A stretch of 64,000 bases of DNA from NCBI GenBank assembly GCA_964234715.1, contig OZ174277.1, one strand, 5' to 3'. The translations under genes were made by a program, and so were the position numbers. Positions 50,605 through 64,000 of this stretch are shown one piece after another (positions within the stretch are counted from its first letter, which is position 1; the number at the start of each line of letters is the position of its first letter). Origin of the DNA: Podarcis melisellensis (taxonomy: Eukaryota). Below the pieces are notes generated by a model. That model saw nothing but the letters and a program-made list of their open reading frames with translations, searched no databases and was not told the origin of the DNA.

Positions 50605-52483
50605 CTTTAGACAAACCGGTAGCTACTCAAAATAAGTTGGCACCACCACAACCCATATAAGAAGGATGAACTTATGTATGCTGCAGAAGTACATGCATAA
50701 TCACAGAAGTATACCTTTTCAGAATTAAGGGGTGATTGCCAATGAACTAAGAGTAAACTGAACCATCTGGGCTAGTCAAAAGAGACAACCTCCTTCAATA
50801 GACACTTCCTCTTTCAGTTTGCTATCGTTTTATAGCCACCTGGATATAAGCCAGGCATATCTCTTAAGTGCATTAGTAGTGGCTATTACTCTACAAGAAA
50901 AATCTGCTACATTTTGGAAGTTTCAGCTGTACTATTGCCAATTACTGATGTTCAGATATTAAGATCTGAGCTAACGAACATGTTTCACCCACAAGCTCTT
51001 GAATGCAAGCAGGCTTCTTGTCGGCTAAAAATAACAACACCAGCTAGCTGCCAGCTAGCTAGCTTCCCCTCACAAATGAATGAGCATACTTTAGGATCAA
51101 ATATATCAAGGCAACATTTCTTTGAACTGAGTGGTGCTGACCCGTGGCTAGAATAATAGCAGGAGTGAAAAGTGCTGGGAGGTGCAGATGAAGATTTGCA
51201 TAATCTGTTCTTCTATGATCCTAACAACTGTGGGACAGTTCATCACAAAAATTATGAGTTTCTACTTTTCCACTCACCCTGCCCTAAAAGATATGGCCTT
51301 TATTTTAAATAAAATAATTCTGAAAACCTGATGACATGTGAATGTTGTTGGTGACTGCAAAGGTCTATAAAAACTGACCAGAAAACTACATGACCTCTTC
51401 TATATATTAGCCCAATGTTAAATTTTATTGTACAACAATGTTTTATAAAAATCCTTCTGGAGGAAGAACTGTATTGGAATTAAATATTCACATGGATGTT
51501 TGATTCTGATATTATTTGTTGTGGCTTATGTTGTTGTTGTTAACTTTGCTGTCTGGTCTTTGACCACAATAAAGACTGATTGATATTATATTCTTTTTTC
51601 TGACGGGGTTCCCTGAAAAAGTGTCCTCTAGTGGGTCCTGTCCTAAATCAGCAGGATCATAGGATTTTATCCACTGATTGTGGTGGGCAGCAGCAGCAGA
51701 ACTGCTGTGGTATTTGCTGAGCAGTTACTAGGTGCCTGCCATTGCAGCTTCACTCCAGGACATTGTGGGGATTTAAAATAATGGGCAGCACGAACACCCA
51801 GTTGTCAAGTGCAATGTAGGTGGGGCAGGAATGGAATCAATGCTGGGTCTCCTTGATCTTGGAAGGTGCCCACGAAAGTTAAGGCTGGCTCTGTGTGGAA
51901 CCACCCCTTCATCTTAATTCCTAGAAAATAATTCCAAAAAGCTGTAGAGGTAGAACGTGGGAGTTTGTCTTCCACCCTGCCCCCAATGTCCACATGGGAG
52001 AGGGGTATTTCCAGGGGAATAGAGTTTCATGTAAGGCAGGCACTCAGAACTGAGTTCACTTTCCAAGGAAGACTCTGAGATGAAGATTAATCCATGTGAT
52101 ATTTTGAAACAGGCTTAAACCAACTTCTTACAAGCAACAGAAAGCACACTTGTGACCGGAGGTACATCTTAGGTGCTGTTTTGTGCAGGCTGTGAACTTA
52201 TGAATTCTTGCTATCTGTTTAGAATAAAAATGGGGGGTAGACGCTTGTATTTCAATTATGTTCAGCTAGTATTTTTAAAATTAAGAATATTTCTCATAAT
52301 AACTCTTTTTCAGGACATCCACAAAGGAATAATAAAGATAAAAGGAGTGTGTGTGCGTGTGTGTAGTCTTTTTATAAAAATATAAAAAGAAAAACACATA
52401 AATTTCTGCAGGATTAGAAATGTTCTATAGCATTTATTAAAGACTGATTAAGAGCTGGTTATTTTATGTGTTATCTGTTTTAC

Positions 52484-52663
52484 CTTGTGGCCCATACTGG
52501 TTCATCTGAGTTCCATAAGTACCACTTGAATTGCTCTGTGGAAAGCTACCAATTCCAGAATGTATTTGGCCTCCGGGTGAAGGATGGGGCGACATAGATG
52601 GTCCAGTTTGCTGAGGCGTGTACTGAGACAATTGAGGGTTTCTCTGAATGCCTGCCAGGAAAC
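52484..52663 (-). CDS. ARID1B: ARID1B coding exon, 180 nt, phase 1-1 ([60 protein letters not shown])
   Basis: Acceptor TTTCTCTTTTAG|GTTTC and donor AAG|[29 protein letters not shown] motif. Confidence 0.97.
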
Positions 52664-52775
52664 CTAAAAGAGAAATAAACACAACACAGGAACAAATTAA
52701 ATACTTCCACATGGAAAACTCAAAACATTTCTTTACCAACCCCAACCCCCCCGAACATTAAAACTTTGGTTTGAG

Positions 52776-52882
52776 ATAGCCTTCACCAACCTAGTGCCCT
52801 CCATCCAGATGTTTGGACTAAAACTCCCATCCCTTGCTGGCTTTGGGTTGAGGGGAGTTGTAGCTCAAAACATCTCAAGGAC
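52776..52882. mobile_element. Old URR1-like hAT MITE
   Basis: CCTTCACCAACCTAGTGCCCTCC..CAGATGTTTGGACTAAAACTCCC...GGAGTTGTAGCTCAAAACATCT. Confidence 0.7.
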
Positions 52883-55800
52883 ACCAGCTTAGGGAAGATT
52901 GTTTTAAGGCAATGGTTATTTGTATCACATATCATTATATATGGAGAGCTGATGCACGAAAGCCGCGGCAGAATTCCAAATCACAGATAACACATGACAT
53001 TACTTAAGGGCATCATTTGTGAACACAATACTAATTATGCGGTTTGGAATTTACTCCACATGTAAAAGCTGTGCAAAATTCAATAGTAAGATAATGGATT
53101 AATATTAAAATAAAACAAGCTGAGAAAACAAGGAATTGGCAATTACCTTGAAGGCAGAACAATCAATGTTATATGGACTAAGTATTCTAGGCAGATTGAC
53201 ATTAAGACAGATTGCACAAGGGTACTTCTTGTAAGCTTTGTGAAAGTGGTGGAAGAAGCATTCAAATATCTTTGACGATTGCTGCTAATGGACATGGACA
53301 CAGATTATGAATATTCAATCAAATTCCAATACCTGTTTTACCTATCCTAGCCATTTTACTGCTCTCTAGACAGTCATCCCAAGAGTTTGGGGTTGTAGCA
53401 GCTGATCACAAAGGTCATATTTAAGACACCAACCAGCCTGCACCACTCAAGAGTACTTAACTAACAGTAAAGGTACGGTATTTTAGATGCAGCAATTTAT
53501 TATTTTGTTTTGTGGAGGAGAACTAAGGCAAATATCTTGTGACCTTCAGTGAATCCAATCAATTTTTAAATAGTAGTTTGGGTGCTCATGTTTAATGGGT
53601 TCACCTTGATGCTGAGGAGTGCTTCTAGAGGAAGGGTTTATAGAAGTGCCTGGCAGGAGCCCAGATGCAATTTGCAATCCTCAGGATGACTGCACTAGTC
53701 TGTTCTTTGCTACTCCAAGAAACTGAAAGAGGACTATTAGGATTAGCACAGGTGGCACAGTTTGAGAGAACAACTGTTGCTCAAACCTGATTACCTGGTA
53801 CTTCCCCACCACCACTCTGTCGCCTCTGACCTTATTTAGAACTGCAATACCAAGCCGCCATGAGTAAAACTGTTCTTTAGACAAGTCTTAACAAACAGGA
53901 AACTAGTACTTTAAACATTAAGTGAAGGTATATAGCTTCTGTAGAAACAGAAGTGACAAGAGTCACTGGAAGTATAAGTCCAAAAGGAGAATTGTTCAAA
54001 TGAAGGATGCGCTCAGACAAGAACTCATATTTTCTTCTCCAAGGATTGTGCCAATAAACACTGAATTTGTACAACTTTCCCAGAGGGGAGGTGCAATTTC
54101 ACTTTCCTAGCATTAATCTCTCTAGGGACTGAATATTACAAATGGGAGATAGAGATTTGGAAGGAAATGTAAAGGGAAGAAGAAACAGACAGGCTATGAA
54201 ATCAGGAAAGAAATGGAATAAGCAAAAGGACAGAAGTTAGAAGAAATTACTGCCTCAATATACAAACATTTCCCCAATGCTACAATGTACTTGGACATAA
54301 ATAAGTGGTCTGGCTGTCAAGTACAGTCACAGCCTCTAACAAATCTGACAATGTTTAGCAAACAGTATTCAGTGACAATTTGCTTTTTCTTACTGATCGT
54401 ATCAACAGACTATGACTGTATTTCCAGGATGAGCAGAATCAAACACGAGGGTGATAAAGATATTCTAGTGAGTGCAGTGTTATTTGGTGTGTGGATACAT
54501 GAATTATATTAAGAGTAATCTGTTCAAATCAGAACAACGTGAAGACTGAGATGATATTGGTAATAAGACACTTTTCACTCCAACAGTAATGAAATGACAA
54601 ATGCAATGAACTTTCATGCAAAGGATCTATTGGACTGATATGTAAGCTGAAAGCCAAGCTGATTGTTTAACTTGCTGTCAAAGAACAAAAAATAAATTTA
54701 AATGTAAGAGGAGATGGATAGGCCGGTTGTAAGTAAGAGAGGTTCAAATTTTCAGGAGTTTATCTTCTCGGGATGCAAGGGGTGCAGGGAATGATCTTTA
54801 TAGTAGATGGAATGGACCATTAACAAAACACCATCTTTAAACATTTGCATTACCAATGCACTCATCTCAGCAGATGGGAAGTAGCATTACAAAATCAATT
54901 GGAACCAAATCAAAGAAGCAGTGGAAAGTGAAGGCAGGGCGCTCTCTTAACTACCCCTAATAACACATCATCTTCCACTTCACAAAATGTCAAATACTAC
55001 ATTTATGGGGGGAGGGGCCTATAAATGTCTATGGGAAGAAAACCAGCTAATGCAAACCTGACTTGTCACATTAATTTTTATAAACAATCCCACTGCTTGC
55101 TGTTGTTTTATTTTGATGCTACAGCAGCTACAGAAACGAAGCGTGTTTTTGGTGAGCAGTTCCATTAGCTAATATAAACTCAAGCACTTCAGTGGCCACT
55201 ACTGGGCGGTATGAAAGTAGTGAAGGTTCACTGGACTTCAATAACACACAATACCCTTTCTACTTGGCATTGCAACCGCTTATTTTCATGTTTGCATCTG
55301 CTGTTGTGTGCAGAATGATTGACATGTTTCTTCACACCAGTTCAACAAAAGATGTTTCTCTGTTGCTTGGGTGAAATAATAGTCACACAACCTGTCACCT
55401 TAGCAAATTTGTCTCCCACTATAAAGGCTGGTAATACCAATTCACTTCCTCTCCAAGGTGCCAAGTTTCTAGGGACTTGAGAAGTATACTTCATTTCTTA
55501 TAAGATCCTACATGCTTAAATTCTGTATACTATGTTTAGTGTTTGTTTGCCAATTTCTTTTCACAAACTGAATTGCTTTGGTGAAGGCAGAAAATAATGA
55601 CCTAGCTAAAGCTTTAACCCAGACTCCCTACTGTTCCACCAGCTGTGCTATTAAGCTAAGTGGCTGAATCGCTCTCCCAATTCTTTCTCTGATATGACAA
55701 AAACCTCAACTATGTAAGGCAGGCAATGATGTTTAAATATATCCCCTCCCCCTTCTTTGCCCTCTTCCTGTCTAGTCTTGAAATTAATATCATCTATCAT

Positions 55801-58800
55801 TGATAAATTGGAATCGGGGGAAGGATTAGACAGATCACCCAGATGGTAGCCTGGAAACCTTTCCTTATGCAAATCTTGCCCAATGCTGTCGGATAGACAT
55901 TGTAACGTGATGCACAAAGGGCACAGACACAAAGACATGAGTGACATTTGTCAATACAATGAAAGCAGCAAAGAAATGACAGACCTGAAGCCATTAGCCT
56001 ATCTCATGTGCAATGGATTGCCATGCCATGTAAAGTGATCTAACAGGAACATCCTTTTGAATATTGAGCTGTTTCCCTTTCACTACTATTATCCAGCTAT
56101 CTACTGAGCAGTCCCATTTTGCGGAATATGTATGTGCACACTGAAATGCTCAGAGAAGAAAGCTCTACAACTCTGACAGAACCAAAGGTTCTGTCTTCTT
56201 GGATAATAAGTGTGTCCTGTGACGATGTATAACAGGACTGGAGACCACCTTCCCAATAAATGTTTTCCACCATCAAAGCTGGACAGAAGAGACAGAATAG
56301 AAAACTTACTTTTGGGGAACTTGGGAAGCTGATTCATATCATTGACTCATCTAATTCAATATATTAACAGCCAGTGGCTGTCTAGGGGTTCAGACAGGAG
56401 CAGGGTCAATGGGGGCCTCATTTGGCTGGGGGCCTCAAATTCAAAGAGGAGCTCAAATTTAGACATTTATGCTGCTCAGGTGGTAGTCAGAAAAGAACCG
56501 AGCAGAAAGGCCCTTGCTTGGCCCCTTGAGACACCTGCATACTTCAGTGGTTTTCCAACCCCCACTAAAAAAAATGTATTACAGCACAGCTTGCAATCCG
56601 TTGGTATTCTTTTAAAAACAGCTTGTTTTAGGCTTATATTCTATATGTTGACCTACAAATGACATCCATTGCTGTAGATCCTCAATAAACAGTTCAATTG
56701 TTTTAAGAAAGCTTTCCTAACAAAGATCATCCAAGGTATTACCTATTTAAGTTAAAATAGAGAAACCATGAATTTCACAGCTCACGAGGGAAACCTATAC
56801 CAGGGACAACGACCAGATTTAGTAAACTTTATTGGAAGCCTGGTGATAGGAACATTCACTGTCACTTTGTTAAGCCCTTTACCAATGAATGGTTCTGACC
56901 TATTTCTGTACTAGCCTGGGGGCTGAGATTTCAGACACTAAAAAAAAGTGTAAAAATGTTTCTAGTGAGGTATCTTATTGTTAGCAATTGTATACAGGCA
57001 GAAATATAATCTAATCCTTTCCCCAGTCTCAGCAACAACAACAAAAAACCCAATTTAGCTAAAGTAAATAAAAATTCATCTTCAAGAATATAACTGCGTT
57101 TATCAAAGGGGAAAAAACCCCAGTAACCAGCTGCTAGACGATAATATTTGTCTAGAGACTTGATTTTAGGTTTTGATTCTGCTGACGTGATTATTTAGTT
57201 GTCTTCTGCCACAGAGCAGTTTATGAGGGTGGCTCCTTTTCTCTGTAGGTAGACACTACTGATTTCAAGTCTTCTTGAAATAAGGCATAGCTACTGTATA
57301 TTTAGCATATGCCAAAACTAATCAACTCAGTCTAAATATGAAGTTGGCTGGGGAGGATAATATGCCTGATATTCAACATTCAATCTGAAACTGACATCCA
57401 TCAGGTGCTGAAATTGGCACTCAGATTCTCCAAGAATAGAGCTGGTTTGGCACTCTTACACCACTTTTAAAGGTTGCAGAACAAGGGAAGAAACTCCCAG
57501 CCCTTGATATGTACTCTGCAACTGGACCAAACATTATTTGGGCAATCCTCAAACCAGATACTATTCCCAGTAGGAAAAGAAGTACCACATCACTCCCAAC
57601 TTTTCACAGGCTAGGAGCTGAAATAGGTTTAAACCAGTTCAAACATAAAGATACAACTGCTTTATGGGATTACTTTAATAAAGGTGACCTTCCACGTATC
57701 TTTTGGTATTGCAAATTCAGCACCTACAAAAACGAGCGCAGTTATATAAAACCCCAATCTCCAACTTGCTTCAATCAGTGTAACTCAGACTCAGGAAGGA
57801 CACAAATATTTCCTTGAATTGAGCTGCATCATTCTGTACAAGGAATGAACAGCTGGGAAACAGAGCAGGGCCTCCTTTGTTGTTGCATCAATGCTGCATG
57901 TCATTTACCTCCAGAAAGCTGCTGTAAATTATTCCTGCATGTTAAAAAACAGGCATCCCTTTTGGTGAGCTAGGACTTCTTAACAGTAATGCATGGTTTC
58001 ACTATAGGTTTATTTGCTACTGGAACAACATAGAACCTTCTTCCCAATAGTCTAGTGCTACACCGTTCTGGTAATATATGTAGAAAGGAAAATGGTTCCA
58101 ATTAAATGCCAGGAGACGGACAACACTGCTGTGGGACGGTTCAAATCACTCGGCAGACACTCACAGTTCTTCTCTATGGACTTTCCTGGAGCAGAATGGG
58201 ATTGGACAAGCGGGAGGTGGCTTCCACACTGCTCTAGGAATGCACTGATACCATGCAAGTGTTGAGTAATCATGAAGTACACACTGAAAGTATAAAATTG
58301 GCTTTGGTACCTTGTGGATGAACATGCTAACACTACCAGAAAGAGGCTTTATATATGTTTCTCTCTCTCCCTCTCTCTGTGTGTCAGATGTGGAAAAACA
58401 TTAATCTCTGACCATACTTTATTTGTCTGTTGTGAGCCATCCCACTTTTTTCTTTTAAACATGATCCAGTATTTTATTAGGTTTAACTTGTTGTTTTTTA
58501 AATGAATACTATATTATTGTATTTCTTCTATTTGCTGCTTTGGGTGGCAGAAAAGGTGAGATAGATATACAAAATAAATGTGTAAGAAAAATTATAAATA
58601 ATAACAAGAACAGTGTTATTCTCTTTTTCTGTGGGTCAGATGCTAAATCCTAAAATGCAATAAAAATGGAGGAAGAACATCCTTTTAAGATTTAAAAACT
58701 ATTCACAGTGCTTTTTGGTTGCAATTTGATTAGGATTTTTCTTTCTCTGTCTCTTCTTTAAAGATGGCAAATAGATGTCAGAGAAAAGATACTCTTTATC

Positions 58801-60248
58801 AAATGTCAGTATTAAGTCATAATTGTATCTGAATAGGAAATATGAAGGGAAATTCCCTAAGTGGTACGTATGACTTCTAAAGAGATAAATATGTTTTGTG
58901 TTTCATTAAATGAAAATAAATGGATGATGAAGTGACAGAATATAGATGATGGAAGTAAATAACATTAAAAGGAATAAGGAAAGCAAGAGCTTGTAGTTAC
59001 ATAAATTCAGTTTGCTGTTTAGTATGTGTGTGCAGGAAAGCACAAAGAGAACATCAAAATGCCTGATCACATCCCATCTGTTTCTGCTTCTTACTGGATA
59101 ACAATCTCCACTGCCAAAAAGCCATTTAAATTTACTACATTGTAGCTACTGATAAATATCACTTCTGTGAAGATCTAATACTAAATAAGAACTTGATTTT
59201 GAGATAATGCTTACATGCAGCTGTGTCAAATAGATCAAGGTTTCGCTCAGCTCAACACCTGGATTCTATAAGGCTGCAATTTGTTACCCACTGTGATTCT
59301 TTGCAATACATTTTCCCCCCAGAACACACTACTTGTACCCCCCCTTCTCCCCCTCCATTTAAAAACCAAGAAACAAAGCAAGATGAAACGCTATCACAAG
59401 ATGCAACATGTAAATGATGGGAAGGAAAAAAAGACCCTAGAGGAGAAATGATGAAAAGCAGGATATTGGCAAAGGGTGGCAAAGACAAGGGGTTTTCGGA
59501 AGCTCTCGTGATGGGTACCTTCCATGCAGATCTGACAGGCACAGAATGGTGCCATGAAACTGCCTCTAGCAATAGAATACATTTTCCAGCACATCACAGC
59601 AACTGCAATAGCATCAATTCTACTTGCAATCCATGTCCAAACAGAAAAAAAGTTCTCAATGGTCCTGTTTCAGCACATCTCAAGGACTAATTAAATCCTC
59701 ATTACTTTCTTCTAATTATTCCGGAGCTCTGGGATTTTACTGAGCGAGTCTCTGATGGTATATCAGATGAAAAGGGTTAAATAACCTGTGTTGATTTTGA
59801 AACTCCAGACCTATTCCAGACCTTTAGCATATCATCAGCATTATCATGAATATTTAACTATACACTGCTGTGCAAATTATAATGGGAGAACAATTAAAAG
59901 TTTTTTTTAATTAATTCTGACCCATATACATTTGCCTTAATAAATAAAGGCTTTTTAAGCATCCCCTTCATGATAGTGTGTGCCAGAGTAACAGCATGAG
60001 ACCATTTAATGCTTCCATTAGAGTCTGTGTTTTTAGCAGTTCCCTATCTACTATTTTAATCTGAATATGATGAACCAGGGTGTACTTATTTCAAACCAAA
60101 AAGAGCACTGAGGATGCCAAATGAGAATGTTTTAGCATATAGAGAAAATATATCATGCACTGCATTTTAATTAATTTTGTTGTAACTTAGGTGCTGCCTT
60201 GAATATATCCAGGTATAGCAAGACATGATAAAGGATATAGCAGAAGTA

Positions 60249-60499
60249 CCGTATTGGCCCAAATATAAGCTGCATCTTTAAAAGTCAAGGGGGGGGGGAG
60301 AAAAAAAGACAATACCCGAATATAAGCTGTTCCCTTAAAATTCTGCAAGCACTCACACCCATTCTGTTTTATCGTATTTCTGTTTCAGCAGCAATATCAT
60401 AAAAGCCAATTTTTGTAAGGTTGTGAATTTAAGCCGCATTTTAACTTTTCATGGTTGAAATTTAGGAAAAAAGTGAGGCTTATATTCAGGCCAACACAG
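60249..60499. mobile_element. Tc1/mariner (Tc2/pogo-like) MITE, 251 bp
   Basis: TIRs CCGTATTGGCCCAAATATAAGC / GCTTATATTCAGGCCAACACAG; TA on both sides. Confidence 0.8.
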
Positions 60500-61059
60500 T
60501 AACTTGCAGGGTGGGGCTAGCTTCCCAACATGGGAGCGGGTGTCACTGTTTACTAGGTGGAAAAGGGTGGTGTGAAGCACATGGCAGGAGTGTCAGATTG
60601 GCTCCACTGGTGCATCCCCACCATCTTGCCCCTCCCAGTAAGCAACAGCAACTCATGGTACCTACTGAAATCAGAGATGACCCTGAGTGTCTACCTCTTT
60701 CTTGTAAGGCATGTCTCATATTTCCTGTTTGACCTGACCACCCAATGAGAAGGTAAGATGTGGCTCAGGCGCCAACACTATCAAGCAGATGAACACAGAA
60801 TAAAGCTCTAGAAATTGTTCCAATGTCGTACAAAGGGAGAAAAGAAGCATGACTATCCCACCTATACTTTGCTCCCTGAACTTCTTTAAAAGCCATCAAT
60901 CTATCACTCTTACTGCCAGCAAAGAAAAACTTGAAGGGACCAGAATGTCCAAATCTCCAAAAAAAATTCTGAACTATATTATATACATGCATTTGTGCCA
61001 CACACATGCAAACTGCACAAAGGAAAAATCTGTTTGTTTGAAAGTTCTATTCTATTATA

Positions 61060-61061
<2 letters not shown>

Positions 61062-61091
<30 letters not shown>
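61062..61091. repeat. (AC)15 microsatellite
   Basis: Perfect dinucleotide run. Confidence 0.98.
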
Positions 61092-61095
<4 letters not shown>

Positions 61096-64000
61096 AGGCT
61101 TGAAAAGATGAAAAATCCCAACTGGGTGCTGAACCACCACTGATAACAAGGTAAAATAAATGCACACACTTTCAGAATGATATTATGTGTAAACTTAATA
61201 ATTTGTTTGTGTGGCTTTCATTTAAGAACGGCGAAACTTAGATCTTACATAGCCAAGCAAATTCCACAGAAAGTCTGACTAACGATATATTGAGGAGCAA
61301 TAAACATATTAGTGGTCTTTTGTTCATGCATTCATTCATTTCTTTGAAGGAGAAAAATGTTTCACAAAGTGCTAGAAGGAACAAAAACACTCTGAAAGTG
61401 GAGGGTCACTTGGTGTTTTTAGCTGGAAACGTTTATATCAGTAAGCCAAGTGTTTAAATTACTGTAACAGATGCCTGTGGATCAGGTGTCTTTGGCAGGA
61501 ACGATTTTCTGCTTGGGTTTTTATCAGTAAATGACAAGCACCTTCCCTTTGAGCCCTTGTGCTCTCCCCTCCCCTCTCTAACTTCAGTGGAAAAGCAGTT
61601 CAAGCAAGCAAAAGAATCAACTAATGTAACACCCTTTTTAAAAGGTGAAGTTTTCCATTTCAAAGAAGTCTCTAATCAATGACAGGGCACAAAAGGGAAT
61701 GCACGCATGTTTATCCGCGCACTGTTCAGACCTTACAGAAGCTTTGGGGAAACATGTTCTGCAAAATCAATATGGCCTCACTGGTTACAAATTTTGTATC
61801 TGCTGCATGAAACAAATGTACATTTTAAACAAGCTAGGTCACAAAGATTAGCCGTAGCATGACAGGAGCTTCAATAAATACTCTAAATAAAAAGCCAGGT
61901 CTGTTGAAGGCAAACATCAGAAGGATTTTTTAGAAACAAAATGGCACCGAGACTAGTGCCAGCAGAGCAATTTGAAGATTAGATTCTAAATTCTCAAACT
62001 GCAGGTTACAATAAATTATTCATTTTTTTAAAAAACGGACCATTTTTATTTGGCCTCGTGATACAGAGTTGGATGCCTCTCTTTACCACACTTCATCAGA
62101 TTCCACGTCAGGCACTGAAGACACTGATGTTTGGCTCCAATCAATGACTCAGCTGGAAGCATTCCCAAGGGTGGAGAAATGGACAGCAGAAAGAGATTTA
62201 AGTCCTAGGACTTGGAACTCATCAACAGCATGGGCTCCACCACTCAGCACAAAACACTCCGCTGCTTTAAGCACTGCAGCTCTGTCACAAGTCGGGGTGG
62301 CCAATGCCCCAGCTGAACTGAAAGCTAAGTGACTGGTAGTGGACCTCATGCACAGCAACTCTGGTTTTGTAGGATGTGATAAGGAATGCTTGCAACTTAA
62401 GTTCATAGGAAGTACCAGATGAGACAACTCCTGGTGAAATTCTTAAACCACACATCCTTTAGAATCGAACAAGTCAGATTCCAAGGATGGAATGAGGAAT
62501 GGATAGTCCATGTATCAGGGGCCTCTTGTCTGATGGGACGGAGCCACAGCAATAGCCTCCTGGCGGTGATGTAACTGCCACTCACAGGGAAGGGCAGGGC
62601 GGTGGTGAGACCAAGGTTGTGCAGATGTGCTGTTGGAGCTAATAGGTGCATCTGCATAGTCCCAACCTCAATGCTGCATTGAGATGAATGGCTCCTCGCA
62701 CACACTATAAACCACCACAGTACAATGGGAAAACTCCAAGAAACTCATGCCACTATTATTTGTGGATAAAGAGAAAGCTTTACTATGTCTCTAAGACATA
62801 AAATAATTCTGGAACCAGTTGACAGTGCACCCTCAACACATGTTGAATGCCTCTCCTAAATATCTTCTGGTGGAAATGACTCCAGTTAGTATCAGAGGGG
62901 GTATTCCATCTAGTGCTGTTAGGGCTATCTCCAGATTTGAGAGGGCCTTGGGCAAAGTGTCCTCTGGTGAGCTCCCTCTGGTCAGTGAGTCCTGGCACAC
63001 TTACCTGATGATAGTGGCAGCATTCCAAGCAGCACTGGGCAGCTATGCCTAGCAACTCTTTCAATTTCTTCAGGCGCTTGTGAGTGACACAAGGTTGGGG
63101 GCACTAAATAAAATTAAAAGGGTGGCTAGATCCAGCCACCTGGCACTCCAGGGGTGCAGGGTCAGATAAAATGGAAGTTCAGTAGATGCTGGGTCTATGG
63201 CCAAGTTGCTGATCAACAGCTTTCAAAATATCTTGCAGAATTTGCAAAAGGAAGTTTCCAGCAAGAAAAGAAAATGCATTACATGCTGTGATGATGGTTC
63301 ACCCACTTTACTGGAATCCTGCTTAATAGATACACTGAAACCTGTAACTCCCTGGTACTTGTCGTTTTAAGTGCCTGTGAATCTTTCCCCCCTACCCCTC
63401 CAACATTACACTACTCTCTAGCTATCAAGCAGGTGTGCTGGGAAGGTGCACATCTTCCTGTGAGCATTTCCAAAGTTGGCCCACAGCAATGCATGCCCTT
63501 CGCTGAAAGTGTCCTCTGAAGAGCCTGGAAGGGAAGGGGAAAGCTCACATAGCTTCTCACCTCTCTAATGCTTTAATAGCTGCTAATGCTGATATACAGA
63601 CTAGCAGTGCGCTCTTACACATCAAGTCATGAAATCTCAGTTCTTCCTGTGGGTTTAAAAACTCTACTTAAAGAGCAGCACTACAAGCACATTCAGGCCA
63701 TGTTGTGATAAGATCATGATACTTTTTGAGACAAGAGGATTGGGAATGTGGCCATTTCCAGCCTGCTGACCCCAATCCTGCTTCTATAGGAAGATATATG
63801 TTATGGCCTATACCCCAAAGCACAGGAATTCATCAACATTTTAATAACTGTGGGAAAATTGTTGACTGTAAAGCAGCTAGCATTTCTATCCTACAGAGAC
63901 CAAATGCTATGTCAGATATTTATAAATAATGTTTCCTGTATCCAGATTTTTAAAGACCATTAAGAATCTAGCAAGATCTTCTGATAAAGAATGTTTTTGG

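Noticed and set aside
1255-52663. Assignment to ARID1A instead of ARID1B
   Set aside because: [17 protein letters not shown] and TTTGEKITK match ARID1B as I recall it (ARID1A has VAANSIQNRPPGYP and TTTNEKITK). The long introns also fit ARID1B.
52664-64000. Next upstream ARID1B exon or a promoter
   Set aside because: No ARID1B-like peptide with splice sites and no CpG island seen; the region appears to be intron only.

Overview
Vertebrate genomic DNA, AT-rich and almost entirely intronic. The repeat content (Squam3-type SINE with a (CTT)n tail, Squam2-like SINEs, a CAGTGGTACCTCGGGTTA MITE, URR1-like hAT MITEs) points to a squamate, most likely a lacertid lizard. The whole window lies inside ARID1B (SWI/SNF/BAF subunit), transcribed on the minus strand. 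Five core coding exons (52484-52663, 40741-41068, 20279-20424, 8610-8716, 1255-1464) have canonical AG/GT borders and splice in frame into the P/Q/G/S/M-rich region and the start of the ARID domain. Two further exons are visible. One is a symmetric 129-nt cassette exon (38907-39035) with downstream RBFOX and QKI motifs. The other is the 'DSYxSQ...' exon, whose first 16 nt are visible at 7848-7863 while the rest falls in a 164-N assembly gap. The introns hold an internally deleted Chapaev-3-type DNA transposon (47985-49563, TTA target-site duplication), a decayed L2 LINE interrupted by a younger SINE, RTE and CR1 fragments, many hAT and Tc1/mariner MITEs, microsatellites and several enhancer-like blocks. 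Most ORF-track entries are chance ORFs. I found no new enzymatic or defence system; the best leads concern alternative splicing of ARID1B. Family names and human comparisons are from memory, not from database searches.
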